Positions 20,059 to 29,555 of a stretch of 64,000 nucleotides of DNA are shown here, piece by piece. The translations under genes and the position numbers were made by a program. The stretch comes from a virus (lineage: Duplodnaviria > Caudoviricetes), in IMG/VR virus record IMGVR_UViG_3300029705_000042. The stretch is one strand, 5' to 3'. Numbering within the stretch: the first letter of the stretch is position 1; each line of letters opens with the position of its first letter. The notes beneath the pieces are model-generated. The model made no database searches, was not told the DNA's origin, and worked only from the letters and a program-made list of their open reading frames with translations.

Positions 20059-20814
20059 TTATACACCCTCTATTTGTTGTGAATTATCATAGCTATATTC
20101 ACCAAAATATATTTCTTCGGCTCTTTTCCTTGCCTGCACTGCTTCAGTAAATGTATCAAACAAACCCAAATGAAGTGTTTTATAATTAATCGTTATACTC
20201 GCACTCCATTTGTTTGCATTTTTATCAAAATAAACGCCAGTAACTCCAGATAGATTATTTTTTGATAAAGCACTATTCATATTATTTTGGCTTCGTGTTG
20301 CAATTCTTAAATTTTCTTTTCTATTATCATTTCTTGTTTTATTTCCGTGTATATGGTCAACATCAATTTTTTCATTGGTCAACCCCATCACCAGTCTATG
20401 AAAATGAATACGCCTACCCTTTCTATTTTTATCTCTTGTTGCAATGTATCCTCTATTTGTCATATGCCAACAATAATTTTTTATCTTGTCATAATCTTCT
20501 AAGTCAAAATAGAATTCTTCACCCTTCAGAGTATATCCGATGCCGTAATTCTGAGATGTTAAATCATATGTATTATATTCTTTGTTAAAATCTCTTGCCT
20601 GTTCTTTTTGCCAACAACCACATGAAAGCGTGTTGTTTTTTGTTAAATTATTGCCTATAACTATAATTCTATTATGTTCTTCACAACTGCACTCACATAA
20701 CCATTGGGTATGATGTTGTCCTTTGGGCGAAATATAATCTTCAACTCTTTTAATTACCGTTAATTTTCCAAAAGTTCTACCAGTTAAATCATTTAATTTA
20801 CCCATAACATACAC
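20059..20814 (-). CDS. free-standing HNH-AP2 endonuclease
   Basis: WLCECSC, SCGC, VDHIHG..DNRKENLR, SGVTGV. Confidence 0.88.
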   Translation of the reverse strand: MYVMGKLNDLTGRTFGKLTVIKRVEDYISPKGQHHTQWLCECSCEEHNRIIVIGNNLTKNNTLSCGCWQKEQARDFNKEYNTYDLTSQNYGIGYTLKGEEFYFDLEDYDKIKNYCWHMTNRGYIATRDKNRKGRRIHFHRLVMGLTNEKIDVDHIHGNKTRNDNRKENLRIATRSQNNMNSALSKNNLSGVTGVYFDKNANKWSASITINYKTLHLGLFDTFTEAVQARKRAEEIYFGEYSYDNSQQIEGV

Positions 20815-20818
20815 CTCG

Positions 20819-21271
20819 CTACCACAAATTTGAGAACTTATCCACCTTTTTTTCTTTTGGTTTAAATTCTACTGCTTCATTTTCAAAAGTTTCTATAATT
20901 GTATTTTTTGCTTCTTCTTTTGCTCTTTCAAGATTCTTCATCTTTATATATACATTGTTGATATTATTTTCTACGATTTTTGTTATATAAAGAAATTTAT
21001 GTTGTTCATTTTTAAAGTTGCAAGTTCTTAATGCTTTCTGAATATCAACAGAGCAAAATTTAAATGTGTTCAATATCACTTCGTAAGAATAATTAGCAGT
21101 AGATTCTATGGCGTTATTTTCTATAAACTTATTGGTCAACAAACCTTTTAGTCTAAGAACCATTGTGCTTGACAATGCTTGGTTTTCATCGTATCCCAAC
21201 AGATTCTTCACATAGAAGTAAAGCGTCTCCCAGTCTTGCTTATCTTTTTCACTCATCTTTTTCTTCGCCAT
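20819..21271 (-). CDS. replication-module hypothetical protein (position of SPbeta yorH; possible helicase loader)
   Basis: Synteny between AAA ATPase and DnaB. Confidence 0.5.
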   Translation of the reverse strand: MAKKKMSEKDKQDWETLYFYVKNLLGYDENQALSSTMVLRLKGLLTNKFIENNAIESTANYSYEVILNTFKFCSVDIQKALRTCNFKNEQHKFLYITKIVENNINNVYIKMKNLERAKEEAKNTIIETFENEAVEFKPKEKKVDKFSNLW

Positions 21272-21304
21272 ATTCTCACCTCATTTTATATATTTATATA
21301 CCCC

Positions 21305-21338
21305 TATACCCCTAAGACACGAATATCATAGGGGTATA
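21305..21338. repeat. inverted repeat/hairpin
   Basis: tataccccta ... taggggtata. Confidence 0.6.
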
Positions 21339-21358
21339 ATATGGTATAACTTTAATTA

Positions 21359-22471
21359 TTACTTACAAGCCTTAAGGACTTCTTTGGCAACAGAAATATC
21401 ATCAATTTCCATAGGGTTGCCAAAACCAGCGTTCTTACAAATCTTAAGTACAGGCTTAATCACATCAAGGTTTGTCTTATTATTATTGAAGAACTCTACA
21501 ATCTCTGCCTTGATTTCATTGAGTTCTTTTGCAATACGAGCAGCCTTTTCCGCTTCTGCAATACGCTTAAGATTCTCTGCATTTTCCTTGTCGTTTTCTT
21601 TCTTGCGGTCTTCTACCGAAGTGCCATTCTTATTAATCTCAGCCTTAATTGCATCAGTAATTGCCGTGATAAATTCATCTGCATCAAGATTAATTTCGGG
21701 AACAATATCAGAGAATCTTGAACCAGAATCAACCACGAAAGAGTCATCTCTAAACTTAATCTTTCTTGTTTCGTCCTTGATAGTAGTCTTAATCTCTTCC
21801 TTCTTGGTTACGATATTTTTCTTGCCAGTCTTTTCCTTCTGCAACTCTCTATCAAAGTATGCAAGGCAGAGGAAGTGAAGATTCTTCTTTAACGCATTAA
21901 AGTAGTTCTGCTGCTGGTCAGAAGTAAGAACCTGATATGTTTCATCGTTATAAATATTCTTTACTTCCTTGGTCTTTACATGACCAATCCACCAAACTTT
22001 GACGCCAACACTTTCAAGTCTATCAATTTGTTCAAACATCAAATCTATTACTTTCTGTCCAGAGCCAAATCCACCCCAGCTTTGATTGAGCGTTTTAGCT
22101 CTCTTATCGGGATTATCTTTATTCCAAAGTCGGATTGCCTCGTCGATAGCCATTAAAATATACTGGTCGTATGTATCCACAAAAACAACTCTAAGGTCTG
22201 CGTAATCCGTAGTCTTATTGTCTACGATATCATCAACAAACTCTATCCAATCATCCCAAGTGGGAAGATTTTCTGCGACAATGCCTTCAATTGCGTCGGC
22301 TCCTCGCTCTCTGAAAAGCTCGGCAAAGATATACCCGTCTTCACCTACGAGCTTTTCGGCAACTTGATAAAGCAAAGAGGTTTTGCCGATTTTGGGTTCG
22401 CCTAACATCATAAGCGAATAATTAAAAGGGTCAACCTTTACCTGATTCTTCTTACCAAATTTTCTTGCCAT
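21359..22471 (-). CDS. AAA_24/Sak4-like ATPase (SPbeta YorG-like)
   Basis: GEPKIGKTS, VFVDT, WIGH. Confidence 0.82.
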   Translation of the reverse strand: MARKFGKKNQVKVDPFNYSLMMLGEPKIGKTSLLYQVAEKLVGEDGYIFAELFRERGADAIEGIVAENLPTWDDWIEFVDDIVDNKTTDYADLRVVFVDTYDQYILMAIDEAIRLWNKDNPDKRAKTLNQSWGGFGSGQKVIDLMFEQIDRLESVGVKVWWIGHVKTKEVKNIYNDETYQVLTSDQQQNYFNALKKNLHFLCLAYFDRELQKEKTGKKNIVTKKEEIKTTIKDETRKIKFRDDSFVVDSGSRFSDIVPEINLDADEFITAITDAIKAEINKNGTSVEDRKKENDKENAENLKRIAEAEKAARIAKELNEIKAEIVEFFNNNKTNLDVIKPVLKICKNAGFGNPMEIDDISVAKEVLKACK

Positions 22472-22495
22472 TCTATCATTCTCCTATCTTTTACA

Positions 22496-22840
22496 TTAAT
22501 GCAAAAACTCACAACCGCCACAGCCGTTACAACAATCGCACTCATCTTCAATCAAAATATCTTCATATTCATTTATAAAAACTTCGTTCAATGCATCTAA
22601 CAATTCAAACATAGTGTCGCATACAAAAATAGCATCGTAAACGGTCAACTTGACTCGTTCATAATCAGACGGACAATTCATATCAAATTCCCAAACCCAA
22701 TCCTTCTCGCCATCATATACGCCTACAGCAAACTTTGGTTCGCTACCATACTTAACAAGTTCTACATACTGCGAAGTCGTAATATCATCTAAAGGGCGAA
22801 CTTCAATGTACTCCTTATTAAAAGTTTCACAATAAATCAT
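22496..22840 (-). CDS. acidic hypothetical protein with Cys-rich tail
   Basis: C-terminal CDCCNGCGGC. Confidence 0.65.
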   Translation of the reverse strand: MIYCETFNKEYIEVRPLDDITTSQYVELVKYGSEPKFAVGVYDGEKDWVWEFDMNCPSDYERVKLTVYDAIFVCDTMFELLDALNEVFINEYEDILIEDECDCCNGCGGCEFLH

Positions 22841-22866
22841 AATTTTCTCCCATATTTTCTTTTGTT

Positions 22867-22890
22867 GAGAGGGATTTAATAATCCCTCTC
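22867..22890. terminator. hairpin, possible terminator or processing stem
   Basis: gagagggatt taat aatccctctc. Confidence 0.55.
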
Positions 22891-22919
22891 TTATATAAAT
22901 TTAATTGTTATGTATTAAC

Positions 22920-24092
22920 TTAAAGATTATTGAGCCAGCTCATGCTATCGTCTGCGTCCGCTTCTTCATCCGTGTCAAACGGAGGTTCGTCATCCTTGGT
23001 ATTAGACTTCTTATTATCGTAGAGATAATCAAGTACAAGGTCATCCTCAGTAAATCTCTCCTCAAACTTCTGGATAACAGGAACCTTGTTATCGCCATTT
23101 TCTACCATTTTTATCTGAGGCTTTACAAGTACCATTCGTCTTTCACGACTACCGTTGGCGGTACACTTAGCAAGAGCCTCATCCTTTGTATAAACACCCA
23201 TCTCAACAAGGTCTTTTATATCGTCAGGAATATCATCCCAAGTTGCGGTTACGACGGCGCCACCTTCAATAAACTCGCCTTCAAAAGTAATCTGCGTAAT
23301 TCCCTTCTTAACCTTGAAAAGCTTTTCCATAATCTTCTTACAAGCAGTTTCATTAGAGAAATCCATTGCAAACTCAAACTGCTTATTATAAGGATACTGC
23401 CCCTTTACTTCGATGCCATTAACTTCCTTTACATAGTCAAGCACCCTCGCATCAATATACATAATGCCCTTGTCCTTGTCGATATTCTTAAGACTTGCGG
23501 ATTCCTTATCAATAAGAATGGACTGAGTAAAGGTTGCCTTATAATTAGCTGTGTCCTCTACCTTAGAAAGTACAACACTTGTAATATTCTTGCGAACCTG
23601 AACATTATCATTATATGTGCTATACTTAAGACTACCCTTAACATTAACCACTATATCTGCGCTAAGATGCTCCTTTATGTATGCGATGGCATCATAGGCT
23701 GAAAGAAACTTCTTATAAAAGGTGTTACCCTTATCTGTCTTTTCAAGCCCAACAGTGATAAACGAAAGGTCTCCGATTTCCTTAAGAACCTCATCATTGT
23801 CTCTATCATCCCAATCTACAATAATCTGGGATTCAAAATCATCAGACCCGTCTTCTTTCTTGCCATGTGCATAAATCTTGTTTTCGTTCTCTTCACTATA
23901 GCCGCCCATAAGCTCTGCGTATACAGTGCCATACTTCTCTCCGCAATCAACGCCAAGATTCAGTGCATTGTAAACCCAATTTGACTTATCAGACTTTTCA
24001 TCAATCTTGAATGTATAGTCGTTGATAACAGGCTTGCCAATGAGAGTGAAATTCGACACCCAATCGCTTCGTTTAATTGTCTTTTTTTCCAT
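22920..24092 (-). CDS. putative single-stranded DNA-binding protein (SPbeta YorF-like position)
   Basis: Beta-rich with acidic tail DDEPPFDTDEE..; first gene of the replication operon. Confidence 0.6.
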   Translation of the reverse strand: MEKKTIKRSDWVSNFTLIGKPVINDYTFKIDEKSDKSNWVYNALNLGVDCGEKYGTVYAELMGGYSEENENKIYAHGKKEDGSDDFESQIIVDWDDRDNDEVLKEIGDLSFITVGLEKTDKGNTFYKKFLSAYDAIAYIKEHLSADIVVNVKGSLKYSTYNDNVQVRKNITSVVLSKVEDTANYKATFTQSILIDKESASLKNIDKDKGIMYIDARVLDYVKEVNGIEVKGQYPYNKQFEFAMDFSNETACKKIMEKLFKVKKGITQITFEGEFIEGGAVVTATWDDIPDDIKDLVEMGVYTKDEALAKCTANGSRERRMVLVKPQIKMVENGDNKVPVIQKFEERFTEDDLVLDYLYDNKKSNTKDDEPPFDTDEEADADDSMSWLNNL

Positions 24093-24125
24093 ACATTTTT
24101 CTCCTTAATAAATAAATTAATATAT

Positions 24126-24172
24126 ATAACCTTATTGGTTACTAAGAAATGATATGTAACACAAATTGTTAC
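24126..24172. promoter_or_regulatory. two RTAAC-N7-GTTAC palindromes just downstream of the replication-operon promoter
   Basis: ATAACcttattgGTTAC (24126) and GTAACacaaattGTTAC (24156). Confidence 0.6.
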
Positions 24173-24178
24173 ACTAAT

Positions 24179-24207
24179 ATTATACTACGATAACATTTAA
24201 ATGTCAA
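24179..24207 (-). promoter_or_regulatory. sigmaA promoter
   Basis: TTGACA-17-TATAAT with upstream A-tracts. Confidence 0.85.
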
Positions 24208-24237
24208 TAGTATTTTTAAAATTTTTTTAAAAATTTT

Positions 24238-24663
24238 TTAATTCAAATAAAAGTTCACAGCATACTCGACAGCTTCTCTAATACTTTCACACATTCGAGT
24301 TGTAAATTCGATAAGCCACGGATGAAGCTCTTGATTACCAAGGTTGATTCCAATAATTGGTATGTGCAACTCCTTAGCAATTGCCAATTCGGCGGCAGTA
24401 CCTATGCTCTTTGGGTCATTAAAATTTACTATAACCAAATCGGAATTTCTTAAAGCATTTAAATCAAACTCCATGACCTCACGCTCTGAACGATGTCTAA
24501 TTTCTTCAAAATTATAATAATTAACTGGGTTAAAAAATATAGGTTTCTTCTCGCAATCATAATTAAACTTAATGGCATCAATTACCTGCTGCCTCCACTT
24601 TGACTGCTCTTCGTAAGATAATGCGCCCATACCTCCACTAAGGTATATACGAACCTTCTCCAT
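24238..24663 (-). CDS. nucleoside 2-deoxyribosyltransferase / nucleotide N-glycosidase family protein
   Basis: IYLSGGM, WR, FNP, FDL..L..SD, SIGTAAEL. Confidence 0.85.
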   Translation of the reverse strand: MEKVRIYLSGGMGALSYEEQSKWRQQVIDAIKFNYDCEKKPIFFNPVNYYNFEEIRHRSEREVMEFDLNALRNSDLVIVNFNDPKSIGTAAELAIAKELHIPIIGINLGNQELHPWLIEFTTRMCESIREAVEYAVNFYLN

Positions 24664-24696
24664 ACACTCACCTCTTCTCCACTTAAAATCGCTATT

Positions 24697-25014
24697 TTAT
24701 AACTTGTTATATCCTAAAATATTATGTTGTCTTGCCAACTTTAAAATATTTTCATATTCTAAAGGCGGTTTTCTTTCGAAGGATTCATAATATCTTTTTA
24801 TTTGCTGAGGTCGTGCCAAAAGTTTCGTAACAAGTTTTCCACTATTAAAATTGTATACAATGATAACGCCTTCGTTTGTTATACAATGGCGTTCTACACC
24901 TTTAGGATGACCTTTATCAACAATAAATTCATCAACTATATAGCCGTTGCCAAAATGCTCGTCAATAAACTTTTCTCGTCTGTGCCTTTCGGTTTCATAG
25001 TGTTTGCTGACCAT
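24697..25014 (-). CDS. hypothetical protein (start MVSKHY)
   Basis: 105 aa; stop in site 24684. Confidence 0.6.
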   Translation of the reverse strand: MVSKHYETERHRREKFIDEHFGNGYIVDEFIVDKGHPKGVERHCITNEGVIIVYNFNSGKLVTKLLARPQQIKRYYESFERKPPLEYENILKLARQHNILGYNKL

Positions 25015-25402
25015 CTTTCTTTTCCTCTTTGTAACCATCAAACACATTGCCAATAACTTCAATAAATTCTGTAGTTTCAGAACCCAAAGTGTAGAATTCG
25101 TCGCTATTAACACACAAAATTACCCAAGCGGAAAGCTCTACGGCGAATGCAACTAATCCTATTACAGACTTATCTTCTGACACCTGAGCGAGAATGTAGT
25201 CTCCTTCATGAACCTGCTTCTGATTTTTATCCCACAAATCAATTGCTTTGTGATAAACATACCTATCTTGAGAAAGTGCAAGTGGAACTTTGACCGCCCC
25301 AAAAACTGACTTCTTAATCAAAAAGAGTTCGCCTTCTGGATTTAGATAAATATTATCTTTTATCCATTTTTTCTGTTCATTGTCATATACACGATACGCC
25401 AT
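24995..25402 (-). CDS. YopX-family protein
   Basis: YRVYD...KW; DKN.K.V.EGDYI; EVIGNVFD. Confidence 0.8.
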   Translation of the reverse strand: MAYRVYDNEQKKWIKDNIYLNPEGELFLIKKSVFGAVKVPLALSQDRYVYHKAIDLWDKNQKQVHEGDYILAQVSEDKSVIGLVAFAVELSAWVILCVNSDEFYTLGSETTEFIEVIGNVFDGYKEEKKDGQQTL

Positions 25403-25411
25403 AATGCCTCC

Positions 25412-26542
25412 TTATATTTCTATTAATTTAATCGCTTTGTCGATTTCGCCTATCACATAATCAATATCTTCATATGTAATATCATCGGATATGGTGATAC
25501 GAATCGTTTTCATTGCTTCCTCGTCTGTTAAACCTATTGCTCTAAGCACATGAGATGGAGCAATTGATTTACTATTACACGCTGAGCCTGTTGAAATTTG
25601 AATGCCACTCAAATCTAAAGTGTATAACAATGACTCTCCAGTTATATTCTGTGGAAAGGTTACATTGATGTTGTTTGGTAATCTATTAACCACAGAACCA
25701 TTAATTGTACAATCAAACTTCTCAACAAGTCTTCGCATAAAATACAATTGCTTTTCACATAATTCCATGAATTTATTATAATCTATAACTTTAATAGCTT
25801 CTCCCAATGCAACAATGCCAACCGTGTTCTCTGTACCGCCTCGATTTTTATTTTCTTGTTCACCGTATATTAAAGGTGACAACTCAACATTTTTTGACTT
25901 ATAAAGAAATCCTGTCCCTTTTAAAGCACCTAATTTATGAGCTGAAGCTGTCATTAAATCTATACCAAGCTCTTTTACATCTATTTGGATATGAGGCAAT
26001 GCCTGTGTACAATCTGTATGCAATACGGCGTTATACGAATGAACTAAATATGAGATTTCTTTAAGGCTTTGTACAGTGCCTATTTCGTTTTGGGCATAAA
26101 TAATAGATACTAAAACCTTTTTCTCTTTGCAAGATTTCAGCAGAACTTCTAAATGTTGTAAGTTAACAAACCCTTCTTTATTTACATCACAAAACAAAAC
26201 TGTAGACCTTAATGCTGGATTTTTTAATGCGTTCAAAATAGACGAATGCTCAAGATGTGTTGTAATTATTACCGATTCATTTTGATAATTAAGGTCATCA
26301 AAACCACGAATAATATGATTGTTACTTTCAGAAGCTCCAGAAGAAAATACAATTTCTTCTGCGTCCGCATTTATAAGCTTTGCAACATTATTTCTTACTT
26401 CTTCAATTTTCTTTTTTATATCTATAGATGAGCCATATAAAGAAGAAGGATTATACCATTTTTCAGTTAAGTATGGGATTATTGCTGCAATAATTTCTTG
26501 CTTGGGTTTTGTAGTGGCGGCAGTATCTAAGTATAAACTCAA
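25412..26542 (-). CDS. iscS: cysteine desulfurase (IscS/NifS type)
   Basis: YLDTAATT, NPSS, EHSS, NEIG, HTDCTQ, SAHK (PLP Lys), RGGTEN, STGSAC. Confidence 0.93.
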   Translation of the reverse strand: MSLYLDTAATTKPKQEIIAAIIPYLTEKWYNPSSLYGSSIDIKKKIEEVRNNVAKLINADAEEIVFSSGASESNNHIIRGFDDLNYQNESVIITTHLEHSSILNALKNPALRSTVLFCDVNKEGFVNLQHLEVLLKSCKEKKVLVSIIYAQNEIGTVQSLKEISYLVHSYNAVLHTDCTQALPHIQIDVKELGIDLMTASAHKLGALKGTGFLYKSKNVELSPLIYGEQENKNRGGTENTVGIVALGEAIKVIDYNKFMELCEKQLYFMRRLVEKFDCTINGSVVNRLPNNINVTFPQNITGESLLYTLDLSGIQISTGSACNSKSIAPSHVLRAIGLTDEEAMKTIRITISDDITYEDIDYVIGEIDKAIKLIEI

Positions 26543-27273
26543 AATTCCACCTCCTCTACACTGTTACCATAAGAATATTCGCCAAAAAATATATTTTCCC
26601 ATATTTTTCGTTGTGCAACAGCGTCTTCAAAATTGTCAAACCCTCTCTGATGGCGTTGTTTATTTGCAGAAATGTTCGCTATCCATTTATTTTTTGACTT
26701 ATCCCAACTGACACCCGTAACGCCAGAAGTATTATTTATATATTCTTTTTTATTCATCATATTAACAGCGTGAGTAACAGGTCGTAGATTGATTTTTCGA
26801 TTATCATTTGTTTTGTGATTTTTATGGTCAACTTCCTCAGCGTTTGGGAATAATATTTCATGAAATTTTACTTTTGTTTTATTTCTTTTTGCACAAACAT
26901 AACCATCATTAAACCACCAACAATAGTCTTTAATTAAATCATAATCTTCTAAATCAAAATAGAACTCTTCTCCTTTGGTTGTATAACCGATTCCAAATTC
27001 GCCAGATAAATCGTATGTATTATATTTTTTATTTTCATTGTTGTACTTTGTAATTTTCTTAATCGAAGATTCAATTATCAAACATCCGCAAGATTGTGTA
27101 CTTTTTGACTTTAATTTCTTACCTTGAACAACAACATTTTTATTCCCACAATCACATTGACAAATCCATTGAGCAAGATGGCTGCCATCTCTGTTTATAT
27201 AGTCTTCAGTTTGTTTAATTACCAACAATCTTCCAAATTTTTGACCAGTTAAATCCTTTTTGACTTTAACCAA
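26539..27273 (-). CDS. free-standing HNH-AP2 endonuclease
   Basis: DLTGQKFGRL, WICQCDCG, SCGC, VDHKN..DNRKINLR, NTSGVTGV. Confidence 0.88.
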   Translation of the reverse strand: MVKVKKDLTGQKFGRLLVIKQTEDYINRDGSHLAQWICQCDCGNKNVVVQGKKLKSKSTQSCGCLIIESSIKKITKYNNENKKYNTYDLSGEFGIGYTTKGEEFYFDLEDYDLIKDYCWWFNDGYVCAKRNKTKVKFHEILFPNAEEVDHKNHKTNDNRKINLRPVTHAVNMMNKKEYINNTSGVTGVSWDKSKNKWIANISANKQRHQRGFDNFEDAVAQRKIWENIFFGEYSYGNSVEEVEF

Positions 27274-27303
27274 ATTAGACCACCTCTCTTTCTATTTATT
27301 TTT

Positions 27304-27355
27304 ATAACATTATTTGTTACGAAAATATTATAACACATAAAGTTATAAATGTCAA
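27304..27355 (-). promoter_or_regulatory. sigmaA promoter (27327-27355) with two RTAAC-N7-GTTAY palindromes (27304, 27330)
   Basis: TTGACA-17-TATAAT; ATAACattatttGTTAC and ATAACacataaaGTTAT. Confidence 0.75.
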
Positions 27356-27384
27356 TATATATTTTAAATTTTCTAAAAATATTT

Positions 27385-27921
27385 TTACTCAGGCATTACA
27401 AATACCTCTGCGTATTGAACCCCAAAATTCAAGGCATCTTGATGGTTATTAAAATAAACATCAATTCGGTTTCCCTTAATTGCACCGCCACAATCTTGTG
27501 CCTTATATGTATGTCCGTTTATAACAACTTCGGTTCGATATGGAATAACTTTAGGGTCTACCGCTATACTATATCCCTCTTTTAATCTTTCACCGATAGC
27601 GCCGTAAACAATCTCATTCCCGTTCTCATCTACTGGTCTATTATTAGCCCATTTCCCACAACATAGGGAACAACTACAATATGCGGTCAATTTAAAATTT
27701 CCCAAACTAACAGGCTCAACAGCCTGATTAGCATCATCCTCCTTGTCGGTCTCTATCTCTATTGTTCTTTTATTCTCTACCATTGTTCTTTTGTCGCTAT
27801 CTATTGTTCTTTGTATTGTTCTTTCAGCTTCACGCTGCCAAAATATACACCCAGCAATCATTACTATTGTAAGAACAACAATCACACACAAAATATTTTT
27901 TGATTTTGTCCACATAGACAT
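27385..27921 (-). CDS. membrane-anchored 3D-domain (lytic transglycosylase-like) protein
   Basis: N-terminal TM helix; LTAY, IAVDPKVIP, AQDCGGAIKGNRIDVY. Confidence 0.88.
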   Translation of the reverse strand: MSMWTKSKNILCVIVVLTIVMIAGCIFWQREAERTIQRTIDSDKRTMVENKRTIEIETDKEDDANQAVEPVSLGNFKLTAYCSCSLCCGKWANNRPVDENGNEIVYGAIGERLKEGYSIAVDPKVIPYRTEVVINGHTYKAQDCGGAIKGNRIDVYFNNHQDALNFGVQYAEVFVMPE

Positions 27922-27941
27922 GTCCTTTTCATATAATTTTT

Positions 27942-28316
27942 TCAGTTAAAAACAGTTATTCTATAATATATATTCTGAATATTTAAGACAAATTCAAAAA
28001 AGCCATTAGACACACTATAGTAACACTCTTTTATTTCCGATAACAAAACATTCATAAAGTATGTATCATAACTATCAATATTCTTTTTTAGAACAAGTCT
28101 AGTTCCGCTATTCTTAACCAGCATTTTCTTTTCGATTGTTCTCAGTAGAAGCATATATGGAATTGAAGAAGAAATAAGAGGATTTGATGGGTAAACATCT
28201 ATATGTACTTCTTTTAATTTCGTATCGTCTTTAAATATTTCGTTTAATTTCGTATTTTTTTCGTCTTTTGCGAAACCAAGTTTCATCATAGTTTTTTCAG
28301 CCATATTGTATGTCAA
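27942..28316 (-). CDS. hypothetical protein
   Basis: 124 aa with RBS. Confidence 0.6.
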   Translation of the reverse strand: MTYNMAEKTMMKLGFAKDEKNTKLNEIFKDDTKLKEVHIDVYPSNPLISSSIPYMLLLRTIEKKMLVKNSGTRLVLKKNIDSYDTYFMNVLLSEIKECYYSVSNGFFEFVLNIQNIYYRITVFN

Positions 28317-28341
28317 TTCCTTCCTTACTATGTATAGTAGT

Positions 28342-28382
28342 GTATTACCACAGAATACATATTTAACGCTCTGTGGTAATAC
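28342..28382. repeat. 13-bp inverted repeat
   Basis: gtattaccacaga ... tctgtggtaatac. Confidence 0.75.
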
Positions 28383-28461
28383 TCCCTGAAATTATACTAC
28401 TATAATATTTAGAAAATTACAATACTAAATAGAACATTTGTTTGATGATAATTTTATCCAA

Positions 28462-29409
28462 TTAGAAAGAGTCAAGGTGTCCCTTAACGAGTTCACGAAA
28501 ATTGCCAATTTCAATACCGCTATTTGAACGAATCAATTCTTTTTCTATTATCATATGAGCCGTTCTATTTCGTGAGTTTTGCGCAAAAGCTTCTTCTAAT
28601 GGAATGCGACTCTTTTCTAATTCCACTTTAATTCTATGCATAATTCCACTTGCATATAATTGTAACGGAAGTAAAGAATATTCTAAATACTCTTTTGCTA
28701 TCTTTCTTAGCTTGGCATAGTATGTGAACTTATAACTATCATTTGAAGCAGTTGACCTATTCTCAATTTTAAACACACTATCTGAATAAACGCCTCTCAT
28801 ATCAACTTTGCATATACCAAACCTATTTCTACGCTCCCAAATATTAATATCTGCAAGTTTCTTTAAATCAGTTGCAAGTTTTTCTGGTACTTTCAATTTG
28901 TAACTATGTCCGTTGTCTTCTTGTAAAGTTATTACACCATCGTCATTAATATCGGACTTTCTTAGATTCTTTAGAACGCTTAAATCATCATTGTATATAC
29001 CAAAATAAATACAAGAAAAAAGTAATTCATAATACAATGCATTGTATTCTTCATATGTAGCAATTTCTTTAATCACTCTTTTATATTGCTCATTAGATAT
29101 AAATTTCTTTTTTGCGTTAGGCTTTGCTTTCTTCCACAACAACTTCTTGTCCAATGATTGAATTATTTGATAAAGACTATCATCAGAAACTATGCCTTGT
29201 TCTTGCAACCACTTTGCATACATTCCTAATACATAAGTAATAGTGATTATTGTTTTAGGGCTACTCGGTTTTAAATCAAGTATAAACTGTTCTAATTCCA
29301 TTAAACCATAATTTTCGATATTGACATCAGTATCTCTCAGTACAAACTTCACAACCTTTAATGTGTTCGATACTTCGATTGATTCAATAAATCGCTCGAT
29401 ATTGTTCAC
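28462..29409 (-). CDS. degenerate tyrosine-recombinase-fold protein, MrpR/YopR-like repressor candidate
   Basis: Y..WL, KFIS, LLF..IY.GI...L..LKNLRKSDI; no HxxR or catalytic Tyr pattern. Confidence 0.55.
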   Translation of the reverse strand: MNNIERFIESIEVSNTLKVVKFVLRDTDVNIENYGLMELEQFILDLKPSSPKTIITITYVLGMYAKWLQEQGIVSDDSLYQIIQSLDKKLLWKKAKPNAKKKFISNEQYKRVIKEIATYEEYNALYYELLFSCIYFGIYNDDLSVLKNLRKSDINDDGVITLQEDNGHSYKLKVPEKLATDLKKLADINIWERRNRFGICKVDMRGVYSDSVFKIENRSTASNDSYKFTYYAKLRKIAKEYLEYSLLPLQLYASGIMHRIKVELEKSRIPLEEAFAQNSRNRTAHMIIEKELIRSNSGIEIGNFRELVKGHLDSF

Positions 29410-29555
29410 AGTTTATTCCTTCTTTCATATGATATTGTTTTAATATATAATATCACATTATAGACAAACCAATCAACAATATAGACTTATGATTGCTAAA
29501 ATTTATATATTTAGGAATTAGACGGCAAATAAAACTATGTTTTTAAGTGGTGAAT

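Noticed and set aside
28432-28443. Possible LexA (Cheo) box GAAC-attt-GTTT
   Set aside because: One mismatch, single copy and no correctly spaced promoter next to it
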